From the NCBI RefSeq assembly GCF_009914755.1, contig NC_060931.1: a stretch of 64,000 nt of DNA. The stretch is one strand, 5' to 3'. The position numbers and the translations under genes were made by a program. How positions within the stretch are numbered: the stretch's first letter is position 1; every line of letters begins with the position of its first letter. Shown here piece after piece: positions 40,092 through 51,923 of the stretch. The notes beneath the pieces were generated by a model that was not told where the DNA came from, searched no databases, and saw only the letters and a program-made list of their open reading frames with translations. The stretch comes from the human T2T-CHM13v2.0 reference genome, Homo sapiens.

Positions 40092-40211
40092 CTGCGCAAG
40101 GGACAAAGAGACATGTGGGTCACTCCCAGGTCGGGTGGGGGCCGCTGAGTGGGTGTGGGCTAGCCAGGGTGGGGTGTGGGGTGAGCATGTGTGGGACACA
40201 AGAGCAGAGTC

Positions 40212-40292
40212 CAGCCGGGGCCAGAGAGGAGAGTGCGGCCGGGGCCGGAGAGGAGAGTGCGGCCGGGGCTGGAGAGTGCGGCCGGGGCCGGG
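40212..40292. repeat. ~24-bp tandem repeat x3
   Basis: gccggggcc.gagaggagagtgcg. Confidence 0.8.
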
Positions 40293-40520
40293 GCTCACTT
40301 TGCTGGGTGCAGCAGTGATCAGGGGCCCCCCAAGGAGGAAGCTCCAACTCATTCTCAAGAGGCCCCGCCCTGAGCCATCTGGGAGGGGACCTCTGTGGGC
40401 ACTTTCCGGGGACAGTGCTGAGCAGACACTGTCCGTCCCCCACTGGGCAGCTAGAAGGAGCCTCAGGTTTGGGTCTTCCCAGGGCCGCCGTGGCCCAAGA
40501 GGATGGTGCCAGGAAGGTAC

Positions 40521-40661
40521 CTTTGCTGATCAGGTCCGGCTCCACGCTGCACTGCTCCCCAGACCTCAGGGTGGCGATGACGGCACGGACGGTGGAGCTG
40601 ACCACCTCCAGGTCCTGACGGAAGGCCAGGGCCTCGGCCAGGCGCAGGAGCCCCCCTCGCA
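40521..40661 (-). CDS. INTS1: INTS1 exon 33
   Basis: VRGGLLRLAEALAFRQDLEVVSSTVRAVIATLRSGEQCSVEPDLISK. Confidence 0.94.
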
Positions 40662-40880
40662 CTGTGGGAGGTCTGTGTGAGTGCCCTGTGGCTCCAGCCC
40701 TCACCCCATCGGTGTATCCCATCCAGGGAGGCCCCACGGTAGAAGGGCTCCCCTGGGCCCACGCGGGTACCCACCCCCCAAGCCACTGCCCAGGCCTCGG
40801 GGTGCCAGGCAGCTTGGCCACTCTGAGTGAGCCCCTGTCCAGTGCCCCCCAGCCATCTGCCAGCCCGGCGCGGTCCTCAC

Positions 40881-41040
40881 CATCACTGAGCCTGCGCCCG
40901 GCTGAGGCCTGGCTGGCAAGCATCCTGAGCTGTGCCCGCAGGGGCCCGCCCTCCACGCCAGGGCTGTCCAGCCACTGCAGCATCTGCAGGAGCACCTTCA
41001 GGAAGAGCGAGGAGAAGCCGGTGTCCTGTGGCACACAGCG
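40881..41040 (-). CDS. INTS1: INTS1 exon 32
   Basis: RCVPQDTGFSSLFLKVLLQMLQWLDSPG...RRLSD. Confidence 0.94.
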
Positions 41041-41584
41041 CTGCGGGGACAAAGTGGCACGTGGCTACCCTGGCAGAGGACACACGGGGACCCGGCACCC
41101 GAGGCCCAGAGCAGGGCCCGTGAGGCTGCTGAGACCTGCCGCGACCGGCACTTGGAGCCTGGGCCAACCTCATCCCGCCTCCTGTCTGAAACGGTGCCTC
41201 CCCTGCACGGGCCCAGACGACCTCACAGAGACCCTTTCAAAACCCCCCAGCTGGTGAGGGCTCCCACGCGGTTCAAAGGAAAAAGTAAACACAGACACCA
41301 AGTAAAACACAGTCCTAGGTACCAGCAGATGGGGAAAGCAAGGCAGGAGCGCCGAGCCTGGGTGGTGCAAACAGGCGGACGCCGCACCGCCCCCACCTCC
41401 CGTCCCGGGGGAATGTTCACTGGAAAAAGGGGACCTGCCGCCACTCCCTGGGGCACTGTCCTTTCTCACTTGGAAACTGAGACCCAAGACCCACAGAGGA
41501 GCAGTCACAGGACACCCGGGCCGTCCTGCAGGAGGCAGAGCCCTCACTGCCCTCCTCCCCCGCAAGAGGCCCACGCCCAAGTAC

Positions 41585-41839
41585 CTGGTACTGGCAGAGC
41601 TGGCGCAGCAGCGGGCAGGCCAGGAAGTGGCTACGGTGCATGGACATCACCAGGGCACCGCCGTGTGGGGAGCTGAGCAGGGTGGCGAGGGCCTGCAGGA
41701 CACGCACCGTGATGCCCGGCACCTCGGGGCTGCCCTGGACGACGCGGGCCAGCTCCTGGCCCAGGGCCTGCTGCAGGGCGAGGGCCACGGGGCGGGGACT
41801 GGAGCTCTGCCACCGAGGGTCCGGGCTGAGCGGGAAAAT
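41585..41839 (-). CDS. INTS1: INTS1 exon 31
   Basis: IFPLSPDPRWQSSSPRPVALALQQALGQELARVVQG...LRQLCQYQ. Confidence 0.94.
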
Positions 41840-42299
41840 CTGGAACGGGGAAGGCCAGTGTCAGGAGGAAGCGGAGGAGGAGGAGGAGGAGCGCAGCGGA
41901 GAGGCTAAGCGCCCGGTGCAGCTCCGTGCCAGAACCGCGTCCCATCGTGTCCCTGTTCATTCGTAGCCCCCACCTTGTGGCCTGAGGGGCCCAGGGCCCT
42001 TGAGACCTGTGATGTGAAGCAGTGAGGGACCCCAACACCCAGGAGCTGCCCCAGAGAACAAAGGTGTCCAGAGCCTGCCCAGGGACCACCAGGCTCTCCA
42101 TCAGGAGGTGGTGAGGCCTGCAGGATCCCCGGCTCCAACAGCCAGACCTCAGGCGAGACCTGCAACCTCAGCTTCTGTACACATCAAACCGGGTGCCCCG
42201 CGCAGAGGGGTGTGCAAGGATGGCAGGGAGGATGCAGGGCGACCCCCTTCCCCAATGTTGGCCTAGCCTCCATCTGAGAGCATGGGGGTGTTACGTGAA

Positions 42300-42400
42300 A
42301 GCAGCGTGCCAGGGTCAGGCGGTCACGCGTGTAAAGGCCGCTGTGCGTGTGCAGCGTGCCTGGGTCAGGCGGTCACGCAAGTAAAGGCCGCTGTGCGTGC
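42300..42400. repeat. 50-bp tandem duplication
   Basis: gcagcgtgcc.gggtcaggcggtcacgc..gtaaaggccgctgtgcgtg twice. Confidence 0.85.
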
Positions 42401-42471
42401 GAGGCGGCAGGGAAGGCTGCACGCAGGAAGAGGGGCTGCAGGTGGAGACCCACATGCAGCAGCATCGCTAC

Positions 42472-42596
42472 CTGGAGGAACATGCCAGCCAGGTCGTCCT
42501 CAGGGCCCAGCACCCGGAGCTGGGTCCCCACCCGAATCCGGCCCTGGCCTATGGGCTGCTCTGGGCTGCTCTTTGGTTTGGGTGCCTCTGTGCTGT
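42472..42596 (-). CDS. INTS1: INTS1 exon 30
   Basis: DSTEAPKPKSSPEQPIGQGRIRVGTQLRVLGPEDDLAGMFLQ. Confidence 0.92.
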
Positions 42597-42907
42597 CTGC
42601 AGAGACAGGAGAACTGTCAGTGGCTGGACACTTTCTGACCTGCTTCCAGCGGTGGGAACTGTACAAGCCATGGCGAGTCCTGCCCGGGGACTGTCACCCA
42701 GGAGGAAGAGCTCAGACCTGGGCTCTGTGTTCCCCAAGGACCCCAGGTCTCGCTCAGGTCCACAGGGATCTCAAGACTCTGAACAGGAACGTGCATGCTG
42801 GCCAGAGGCAAATGCTGCCCAAAGACAGGCTGAGAGTTTCTGTGGGGGCCCCTCTCAGGTGGCATCAGCAAGTGTGCACTGCCCTGTGTGGCTGTGCAGG
42901 CCCCGTC

Positions 42908-42986
42908 CCCCTCCCCAGGCTGGGTCTCTGTGTTGGCCCCACCCCTCCCCAGGCTGGGTCTCTGTGCTGGCCCCACCCCTCCCCAG
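42908..42986. repeat. ~35-bp tandem repeat abutting exon 29 donor
   Basis: cccctccccaggctgggtctctgtg.tggccccac. Confidence 0.85.
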
Positions 42987-42989
42987 TAC

Positions 42990-43088
42990 CTCGGCGGGGC
43001 GGCAGGGAGGCTGTGAGCAAGGAGTGGAAAGTCTGGCCTCCGGAGGCGCCGCGCTCATGCTGGACCTCCACCAGGTGGGCCATGTAAT
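42990..43088 (-). CDS. INTS1: INTS1 exon 29
   Basis: YMAHLVEVQHERGASGGQTFHSLLTASLPPRR. Confidence 0.94.
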
Positions 43089-43496
43089 CTGCAAACCGTA
43101 GCAGGGTCACACCTGGGCGCGGCCAGGGGCCAGGGAGCAGGTCCTTCCCTCTCCACAGAAACCAGAGTTGGAGATGCCCCCACCGTCACCAGCACTTCCC
43201 AAGGACTTCAGAAGCTGGGTGAGCTCAGTCAGCACTGAGGCCCCAACAGCTCCCTCCAAGCTCAAAACACGGCCCTAGGGGGTGCCTGGCCCCAGGGTTG
43301 GGGCAGGCCCAGGCCTCGGCTCCCTCCTGACTGTGCCAGCCTCACCAACCCACAGGTCTAAGCCTGCCCTCGAGTGCCACCCACACCCACCCGACCTCGG
43401 ATCACCCACCCGCTCGCACCCAGGCCCCAAAAGCCTGGCCGGGCTGGGGCTCGGTCAGCGTGTGTGAACCCACTCCGCAGGTCCCTGGCATCTTAC

Positions 43497-43643
43497 TCTT
43501 GTCCATGATGTTCTGCTCCAGAGTCTGGGGGTCGTGGGCCACTGCCTGGTCCAGGAACTGGAGGAGTTTGCTCATGCTGGACACGGGGATGCCAAACGAC
43601 TGCACGAACAGCAGCAGCTGCTGCGGCTCCAGGTCCTGCAGGG
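43497..43643 (-). CDS. INTS1: INTS1 exon 28
   Basis: LQDLEPQQLLLFVQSFGIPVSSMSKLLQFLDQAVAHDPQTLEQNIMDK. Confidence 0.95.
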
Positions 43644-43689
43644 CTGAGGGTGCACGCGCTCCGTAACGCCACCCAAAACCCGGGCAATG

Positions 43690-43975
43690 CGCACTCGGGA
43701 CCCCACCCGAGACCTGGGGCTGCCTGTGTGCAGTGACCCCACCCACCTGAGACCCTGGGCCACGTGGGCTCGGTGACCCCACCCAAGACCTGGGGCAGTG
43801 CACACTCGGCAGCCCCACCTGAGACCCTGGGCCACGTGGGCTCGGTGACCCCACCCAAGACCTGGGGCAGTGCACACTCGGCAGCCCCACCCGAGACCTG
43901 GGGCAGTGCACACTCGGCAGCCCCACCTGAGACCCTGGGCCACGTGGGCTCGGTGACCCCACCCGAGACCTGGGG
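43690..43975. repeat. Two-variant ~35/36-bp minisatellite near exon 28 acceptor
   Basis: gaccctgggccacgtgggctcggtgaccccaccc interleaved with gacctggggcagtgcacactcggcagccccacc. Confidence 0.9.
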
Positions 43976-44700
43976 CCGCACAAGGGGGCAGCGTGTCGGG
44001 ACCACCTTGCACCCTGGATGGCAGCTGTGTGGGCCCCATCCCCAGGGGTGGGTGGGCGCTCCAGAGGGCCTATGGTGGCACGGCGCAGTACACTTCCGAA
44101 GCTGCACGCAGGCTGCTGTGACTATCTTCTCTCAGTGCTCAGGGCGCTCTTGCCCCGAAGCCATCGGTGGCTTCCGGGGGCACACAACAGCCTAGACCCC
44201 TTGGCAGTCATGGGTTTCCAGAGCCAGCCCCACTCACTCACCAAGCTGCCCCCAGTGTCTCCTCACTGTGAGCAGGCACCAGCCCTACTGACCTACGTGG
44301 GCCCAGGCCCCTTGCTCAGTCCTTGCTGGGGTCCCCGGCTGCAGCTCCAACCCCCAAATCCTTCAGGGACCCACCCAGAGGCCCCACCACTTCCCCTCCT
44401 CCTCTCCAACCCCAGACCACTTTCTCTTTTTTCCATCGAGGACCTGTTTCTCACTCTAGACCCCTGAGCCTGACAGTAAGACCCTCTCGGACGGGGCCAG
44501 CACAGGCTGCCCTAGGTCTCCTCCCAGGGTCCAGCACAGCCTGCTGTGGCCAGGACATATGGTCTGCAGGATCCCCTGAGGCTACCCGGCCAGTCTTCTC
44601 CTCTGCCACAGCCGGAGGCTGCCCAGGCCCACAAGGAGCAGGCAAGGGGCCCGGGACCCCTGAGTCAGCAGCCCCCGCCCAAGCCCAGCCTGGGCCGTAC

Positions 44701-44862
44701 CGGCGTCCACCAGGCGGAGCACCTCAGAACGGATCATGCGCAGCTTCAGCCAGTCAGGAAGCAGCAGCGCCTCCTCCGATGTGTCCACCAGGAAGGCGGT
44801 GGGCAGTGGCTTCTCCTCCGGAAACCAGATGTCCAGCAGCGCCTGGAACTCGCTGTCGTCGG
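44701..44862 (-). CDS. INTS1: INTS1 exon 27 (AAG acceptor)
   Basis: DDSEFQALLDIWFPEEKPLPTAFLVDTSEEALLLPDWLKLRMIRSEVLRLVDA. Confidence 0.94.
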
Positions 44863-45896
44863 CTTCAGGAAGGACAACGGGTGAGCAGCCTTCAGACCCA
44901 CCGGGGCCCAGCCCCAAGCACCGCTGGTGCCAAGGCTAGAGGCACCTCCTCTCCCGAGAAGGAAACTGAGACTTGGGAGGAGCACGGGGCTCCTGTGCTA
45001 GGTGAGCACTTGCTATGTGCGGATGCTTTGCGTAGGTGCACGCATTTGATCCTCACAGATGCTGCAGGAAGGCAAGCAGCATCACTGCCATTTTGTCGTG
45101 GCCAAGGGGACATGTGCGTGTCCCCGTCCAGCCCCTGCCCTCGGGGCTTTGCTTGGCTGGACCAGGTCCCATCCAGCTCTCTGGCTCCGCAAAGCCACTG
45201 GGAAACCCCACAGGCCCAGGCCCACACAGGGCCAGCTTCTCCGGCTGCCCTTCCCAAGGGCGACGCCTGTGACTGTGTCTGCCTCCCAACAGGGGTCACC
45301 ACCCACCCACGTCCACCCGAACCCCAGCATGAGGGTTCCGCCCCCTTCCCCCACTGACAGACACAACAGGGTGAACGTGGGAGCAGTTCATGGTGTCAGC
45401 CACGAGTAAAGGGGAAGGCTGCGGCCGCAGAGGGCACGGCTGGGTAGGCGCTGGGTTCCAGACACTGCGCTGGCCAGAGCGTCCTCAGGGTCACTCGCCT
45501 GGGCCCTGGGGAGAGGACCCACTTGCCTGGCAGCCTCATGTCGCACCTCCACACGGTGAAATCCCGAGTTTGCCGCCTCCCAGGCACCGCAGGCCTACAC
45601 GGTTAGGCTGGGGCAGTGAGGACTCTGACCCCAGGCTGTACCAGGCCCTCCAGCTCAGGGCTCTACAGGCTGGGAGGTCCCACCACGTGGGGATCTCCCA
45701 CACGTCCACCAAGTGCTCAGAGACACGCGGGACGGACTGCAGCCTCCTCTTTAGGAGAGAAGCCAGGACACAGGGTTGAAGGGCTGGGGGGCTTCCCGCC
45801 CAGAAGCAAGGCAAGGATGCGGAAGCCGCTGGGTGTGGTCAGGGCTGTGGCCCACCTGGCACGAAGCTGCCCCTCCCGGGGCCTGTGGCGGCTCAC

Positions 45897-46008
45897 CTCG
45901 AGGCGGGCCCAGCGTCAGCAGGATCACCATGGCATGGACCACGAGGATGTGCATGGTGGCTGTCTCCCCGCTGCTCCAGCGTAGGAAGACCTGGTCCTGA
46001 GACTCCGA
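45897..46008 (-). CDS. INTS1: INTS1 exon 26
   Basis: SESQDQVFLRWSSGETATMHILVVHAMVILLTLGPPR. Confidence 0.95.
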
Positions 46009-46100
46009 CTGTGGGAAAAGAGGTGGAGTCAGGCCGTAAGGTTCAGGGACCCTGAGCCAGCGCCGAGGGTACCCAGCCGGCACCGAGCGTGCCGTGCAGC

Positions 46101-46180
46101 CTCACCCAGCCGTAGACCTCCTCGCCCTCACCCGGCCGTAGACCTCCTCGCCCTCACCCAGCTGTAGACCTCCTCGCCCT
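46101..46180. repeat. 26-bp repeat x3 spanning the exon 25 donor
   Basis: ctcaccc.gc.gtagacctcctcgcc. Confidence 0.95.
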
Positions 46181-46325
46181 CCTTGCTCTGCCGCATGCGC
46201 CTCACGTAGCGTGAGAAGATGGACAACAGAGCGCTCAGCACGGCGTCCGACGCGGCACTCGGGGAGAGCTTCGAGAAGAGGTGGGACATGATGGTGGAGC
46301 GCTCCACGACCAGCCGGGCCACGTC
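46158..46325 (-). CDS. INTS1: INTS1 exon 25
   Basis: DVARLVVERSTIMSHLFSKL...QSKEGEEVYSW; TGG|GTGAGG. Confidence 0.94.
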
Positions 46326-47097
46326 CTGGTGTGTGGACAGGGGGGCGTCAGAGGCTCCGAGACAGCTCTGCTCTCCGGCCAGCTGGGGTGACCTCGTCGC
46401 AGGCACGCTCTCACTGGGATCTTAAGCAGGGCCCGCGGCACCGCAGACCCTCACTCAGCCGCAGGCCGCCAGGGGAGACGACCAGAGCTGGGTCGGACTC
46501 TCCAGGGGGGAGGGAGGACACGACTCTCACAGCCAGGGACAATGACCAGGCCCTGAAAGCGGACGCTGCTGCCCTCTGCCCGGCAGCCACCATCTGTTCA
46601 CCTATCGCTCATTCCCTGAGGACTCGGGCCACCAACTTTCACTAGGTCACAGCGCAGGTTGTGGACAAGAGAACCGTGATGCAAAGTGAGAAGCAGCCCA
46701 GCAGAGAAGGACAGCACCCAGGAGAGAAGATGGGAGTCAGCGCCACACATGTGAGCTAGAGATGCTGAGGACAGCGGGCAGGTGCCCAGCGACCTGGGCC
46801 CACAGCCCAAACCCTCCTGGCGTCGGGGAGAAGGCTGATGGCTCAGATTCCACCCTGCTGTGAACAAGGCACCCTCACCCCCGTGGCTTCGCATCCTCAG
46901 GGTCTGGGGAGAAAGGCTCCAGGGAGTGAGTGGTGACTAAGGAAGGGACACAGGTGGCCACGGGGTCATAGAAGCCCCAGCACAGCAGCCGTGACGGCCC
47001 TCCCACCCTCAATGCCTCCCTGTGGCCCAAGAAGCCGCCAGCCCAGGGCACTGCACCACTGGCCCCTTACCCTCCCCAGGGCAGGGTCTCTGTGCTG

Positions 47098-47272
47098 ACC
47101 CCGTCCCCTCCCCAGGGCCACACTGCCGGCTGGCCCCGTCCCCTCCCCAGGGCCACACTGCCGGCTGGCCCCGTCCCCTCCCCAGGGCCACACTGCCGGC
47201 TGGCCCCGTCCCCTCCCCAGGGCCACACTGCCGGCTGGCCCCGTCCCCTCCCCAGGGCCACACTGCTGGCTG
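47098..47272. repeat. 35-bp minisatellite x5 next to exon 24 donor
   Basis: cccgtcccctccccagggccacactgccggctggc. Confidence 0.95.
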
Positions 47273-47287
47273 ACCCTGCTGCCTCAC

Positions 47288-47392
47288 CAGGGCCAGGTCG
47301 CTGTGCTGGGCCTGCTCCTCCACAGGCGTGTGCTGGGACAAGTAGATCAGGTAGGCGCTGATGGTCTGGGGATCAGTCTCCATGTGGATTGC
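47288..47392 (-). CDS. INTS1: INTS1 exon 24
   Basis: AIHMETDPQTISAYLIYLSQHTPVEEQAQHSDLAL. Confidence 0.95.
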
Positions 47393-47479
47393 CTGGAGGG
47401 GAGGGTGGTCTGAGCGGCAACAGGGCAGGGCTGCGGCCCTCTCATCTTTCCCTGCCGCGGCCCCGGTCAGCGCCCTCAC

Positions 47480-47659
47480 CTGCTGCAGGGCCAGGGCTGT
47501 GGTGCTCCTGACGCTGTCGAACAGAGGCAGGCGAGGCAGGTCCCGCAGCAGCCACTGATAGCCCTGCAGCACATCTGTGTCCCCCACATCCTCCTCCATG
47601 GGGGGCTCCTTCTCCTCCCCGTCCCGCAGGCTGCCCTCCGAAAGCACCAGCGACAAACC
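47480..47659 (-). CDS. INTS1: INTS1 exon 23
   Basis: GLSLVLSEGSLRDGEEKEPPMEED...RSTTALALQQ. Confidence 0.95.
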
Positions 47660-47999
47660 CTGTGGCAGACACTCATGAGCTGGGCCGGCTTTCGGCAGTG
47701 CAGGCAGGGTCTCACCCTGGCCCCGGGAGCACACGCATGGTGCCCTCAGAGCCCCGAGGAGAATGTGGCGCTTGCTTCCCACGGGAGAGGCCGCAGGTAA
47801 AAGGGAAAAACGAGACTGAGCTCTTTCTGTTAAATGCTTCTGTTCAAGTTCCTGAAGCCACTCTGGACCCTCCCGTCACCAGCAAGAAAGGAACACCAGG
47901 CAGGCGGCAGGGTCCACCTTCACGTTTCACTAGCGCATCCTTCCTACGCAGGGAAGGAACTTAAAATACAGTCAGAGTGCACTGAACACTCATTTGATT

Positions 48000-48752
48000 T
48001 TTACTTTTCCTTTTTAAGACAGGGTCTCATTCTGTTGCCTAGGCTGGAGTGCAGTGGTGTGATCACAGCTCACTACAGCCTCAAGTGATTCTCCCATCTC
48101 AGCCTCCCAAGTGGCTGGGACCACAGGTGCATGCTGCCACACCCAGCTCATTTTTCTCATCTTTTATTTTTTGTAGAGATGGGTATCATTATGTTGCCCA
48201 GGCTGGTCTCAAACTCCTGGGCTCAAGTGATCCTCCTGCCTCAGCTTCCCAAGTAGCTGGGAACACAGGCACACACTACCACACCTGGCTAATTTTTTCA
48301 GTTTTTGTAGAGAGGGGATCTTTCTGTGTTGCCCAGGCTGGTCTCAAACTCCTGGACTCAAGTGATGCTCCCACCTCGGCCTCCCAAAGTGCTGGGATGA
48401 CAAGAGCAAGCCACTGCCCCAGGCCTACTCATTTTACTTCTTTATTTTTCATTTATTTATTTTTTTTTTTTTGAGATGGAGTTTCACTTGTTGCCCAGGC
48501 TGGAGTACAGTGGCACAATCTTGGCTCACCTCAACCTCCGCCTCCTAGGTACAAGCGAGTCTCCTGCCTCAGCCTCCAGAGTACCTGGGATTACAGGCCC
48601 CCTCCACCACGCCCAGCTAATTTTTTCTATTTTTAATAGAGACGGGATTTCACCATGTTGGCCAGGCTGGTCTCCAACTCCTGACCTCAGGTAATCTGCC
48701 TGCCTTGGCCTCCCAAAGTGCTGGGATGACAGGCATGAGCCACCGTGCCCGG
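48000..48752 (-). mobile_element. Alu cluster (three-armed AluJ-like plus AluS-like)
   Basis: Minus-strand Alu motifs at 48000-48425 and 48441-48752. Confidence 0.92.
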
Positions 48753-48814
48753 TCCCCAGCCTACTCATTTTAAACATGAAGAGCGTGCGCAGAAAGACCC
48801 GCCCACCACCTCAC

Positions 48815-48964
48815 CTTCATGGCCAGCACGCGGGAGGCCACCTGGGAGGAGCCGAGGCGCCGCAAGAAGTAGTCCAGCACCTCACACGTGGTCTGCTCAT
48901 CAGCCTTCGGGCCCAGTAGCAGGTCCTGCAGGCGGCCCAGCAGCTGCCGCTGCTTCTGTTGCCT
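48815..48964 (-). CDS. INTS1: INTS1 exon 22
   Basis: RQQKQRQLLGRLQDLLLGPKADEQTTCEVLDYFLRRLGSSQVASRVLAMK. Confidence 0.95.
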
Positions 48965-49111
48965 CTGCAGGGAGGAAGGGGCTCTCAGGGGTGCAGGTGA
49001 CAGGCCAGGCGGGTAGGACGTGGGGTGCGCGGCTGGTGGGCTCAGGCATGGGTTGCCCTGACAGGGGTGCGGGGTGAGAGGCGGGGGGGCTGAGGGGTGG
49101 GCGGCCCTGAC

Positions 49112-49291
49112 CTGCCGCTTCTTGGCCTTCTGCTCCTTGCTCTCGCCCTCGTCGTCCTCCTCCCCGGAAGCAGCATCGTCCACAGCATCGTGCAGCAGGA
49201 ACTCGCACAGACACTGCACGGGCAGCACGTCCAGGGAGCCCTCGCTGGACTGTACCAGGTCCGCCAGCCAGGGCATGGACTGCGAGGAGGC
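49112..49291 (-). CDS. INTS1: INTS1 exon 21
   Basis: ASSQSMPWLADLVQSSEGSLDVLPVQCLCEFLL...KAKKRQ. Confidence 0.95.
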
Positions 49292-49509
49292 CTGGGCAGG
49301 CGACAGTGGCGCCCGCTCAGCACCTTCCAGGCCCAACACCTGCCGCCAGCCCCCCGGGTGACCGCGGAGCCGGAAAGGGCGACACGCAGCAGCCAGCTCA
49401 TGGGCCCCGCATCCAGGTGTGTCCTGCCCTCTTCTGGCCACCAAGGCCTCCGGAAGGTTCCGGGCCTCCCAAGACCACCATCTCTACCTCCTGGAGCCTC
49501 GGCACTCAC

Positions 49510-49639
49510 CTGCCGCTGGATGATGTGGAGGAGAAAGTCAGGGTTTCGGCTGCGGCACAAGAGGTGCCCGAGGCGGAGGGACTGGTTGAGGCTTTTCACT
49601 TGATCCAGGATGTGAGGGGGAGGCCTCCGGGGGGGCCCC
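49510..49639 (-). CDS. INTS1: INTS1 exon 20
   Basis: GPPRRPPPHILDQVKSLNQSLRLGHLLCRSRNPDFLLHIIQRQ. Confidence 0.95.
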
Positions 49640-49949
49640 CTGAGGGCCACAGGGGACACGGTGCGTCAGCACGCCCTGAGCGGATCACCCCCAGAACCCC
49701 TCCTCCTCCCATCCCTGCTTCGAGGGGCAGCCGACAGCCCGAGACGGGCAACCCATCCTGACCTGGGATGTCCCCAAGGCCTGGCCCCACAGCAGTAAGC
49801 CAGGGACGTGGGGACGGGGCTCCACAGGCCTTTCAGGTTCTGCCGCAGTGCGGTCGGCTCCGCCTGCTCCTTCAGCCTCTGTCCCACCCACACCAACCAC
49901 CCACAGGTCCCGACGGCAGGCGCAGGGCGGGGCTGTGTGGGCTGCGTAC

Positions 49950-50147
49950 TGGGGGTCCAGGCTGGTGAGCTGCGACAGGAGGAGGCTGCTGCTCTCAGTG
50001 ATGGTCTGCTTGGTGGACGCGGCCGCCAGGTGCCCCTCGAAGGCCAGGATCTCCTGCTTCTCCCGCTGGGCGGTCTGCAGCTCACGGTTCAGCATCTCCG
50101 TCCGGGTCTCCTCATCCGTCAGGGTGCACGGTGGGTAGGAGTAGTTG
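49950..50147 (-). CDS. INTS1: INTS1 exon 19
   Basis: NYSYPPCTLTDEETRTEMLNRELQTAQREKQEILAFEGHL...TSLDP. Confidence 0.95.
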
Positions 50148-51484
50148 CTAGGGCCAGACGGGGGAGCGTGTCACCCTGCCCCCCATGAAGGGCTCACTCC
50201 CAGTGGGCCACGCTCAGGGTCAAGGAGGGTAAAACCCCTATGGCTGCTGCTGCCTCTGCTGCACAGCAGTCAGGAGCACAGGGCGCCCAGTAGCATCCAT
50301 GGGGCTGTCAGAGCTGAGACGAGAAGCCGCAGCGCTGCCCAGAGGCGCGGTCCAGCCACTGCCTCGTCCTCCGCAGGCAGCACGCCTGCCCTCACCAGAG
50401 CCAAGGCCAGCGGTGTCAGAACCTGGCCTCCTCCCAGGCCACCTCCCCTTCCACGCCACCTACGCTGGGAGCATAGCCTAGTTTGACAGCCATGTAGGCT
50501 CTGCCCGCCCCATCCAGGGACAGACCTGCAGGGCAGGGACTCTCTTGCCTACAGAGGCACACGTGGCTTCGGCGTGTTCCAAAACCCAGCTCCCCATGGC
50601 CGCTCTAATCTGAGCTCTGTCCCCAAGGCCCCAAAGTCAGTCTGCTCCTTCAGAGGTGGGGGGAAGCAGCTGTGCCTCCCACCTCAGGACACACACGCAC
50701 CCACTCCCCACAACACACAGGCAGACACACACCCAGTCCCCACAAAACCATGGGCAGACACATGCCCAGTCCTCACAGTGCAACGGCCCCAAACGTACCC
50801 GATCCCAACGCCACACACACACACCTGGTCCCCACAATACCAGGGCCACACACACTCCCCGTCCCTATGATGCCACAGCCTCGGGCGCCCCTTCACCTTG
50901 GCCACTGCCCTTGGTGTGGTGCCCTCACTGGTGAGATAGGATGCTGGCCCCAGAGCTCATCGGCCCTCGCCCACACTGTGTGGGCACCAATGCTGCCAGG
51001 CACAGCTGGTGGTGAGCCCTGGGCGTCTCCTAGGCAGGCTGTGCCGACTCTCGTCCCACCTGCACTGAACTGTCCTTGAGGCTCACCCACTGCTGATCCC
51101 ACGCAGGGTCACACCTGGCCCACTGGCCAGTGTTAAAGCCCACCTGGCCCACTGGGCCTGGCTCCATCCTGTCTAACCCATCTCTGGCCGGATTCTCTTG
51201 CCACGTCCTCCAGCGTCGCACCACCCCCAGCCTGCCCGGTCCCCACTCCTGTCGGCAGCATAAGCGCTGCCCAGAAGAGCTGGGGGTGCCTGCGGACCTC
51301 CCTGCTGGCCTCCGTGATGCCGCCTCAATCCACACCCCCTCTCCCGGCAAGGGAAAGAGAAGAGAACAAAGTGCAGCAGGCTTAGATCCAGAAGCTCAGG
51401 TCCATGAGTCAACAGAAGATGCTAAGATGCTGATGCAGCACGACCCAGGAGACAGCAGGGAACACAGCCCCAGCGGAACGAGAC

Positions 51485-51586
51485 CAGGCCCTGCTCCCCA
51501 TCCCGGGCCCGCCGAGGGGACGTGCGCACTCACTTCAGGCCCTGCTCCCAGCCCCGGGCCCGCCGAGGGGACGTGCGCACTCACTT
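51485..51586. repeat. 51-bp tandem duplication including the exon 18 donor
   Basis: caggccctgctccc...cccgggcccgccgaggggacgtgcgcactcactt twice. Confidence 0.93.
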
Positions 51587-51645
51587 GGTCATCACCATCT
51601 CCATGAGCATCTTCAGGGTCGGGTACTCCTCCCACGCAGCCAGGC
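51585..51645 (-). CDS. INTS1: INTS1 exon 18
   Basis: LAAWEEYPTLKMLMEMVMT; CAA|GTGAGT. Confidence 0.94.
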
Positions 51646-51831
51646 CTAGGGAACCGGAGGGTGTGGGGCTGGCCAGGCTCCCCTGGGCACCAGGCGTGTG
51701 ACCCCCGCTTCTCCCAGCTCCTCCTCTCATCCCCAGCTGGGCTCATCCCAAGTCCCAACAGACAAACTGCCCCAAAGGAATAAGGACCAGCAGGGCCACG
51801 TGTGCGCATGGGGCGGCCAGCAGAGGCTCAC

Positions 51832-51923
51832 CGATGTTCTCTGGGTTGAATGCGGCGACGACCAGCAGGAGGGGCCAGGCCTTCCAGTAGAGGGTAGAGA
51901 TGGCGAGGTTCGGAGGCTGGTAC
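51832..51923 (-). CDS. INTS1: INTS1 exon 17
   Basis: YQPPNLAISTLYWKAWPLLLVVAAFNPENI. Confidence 0.95.
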
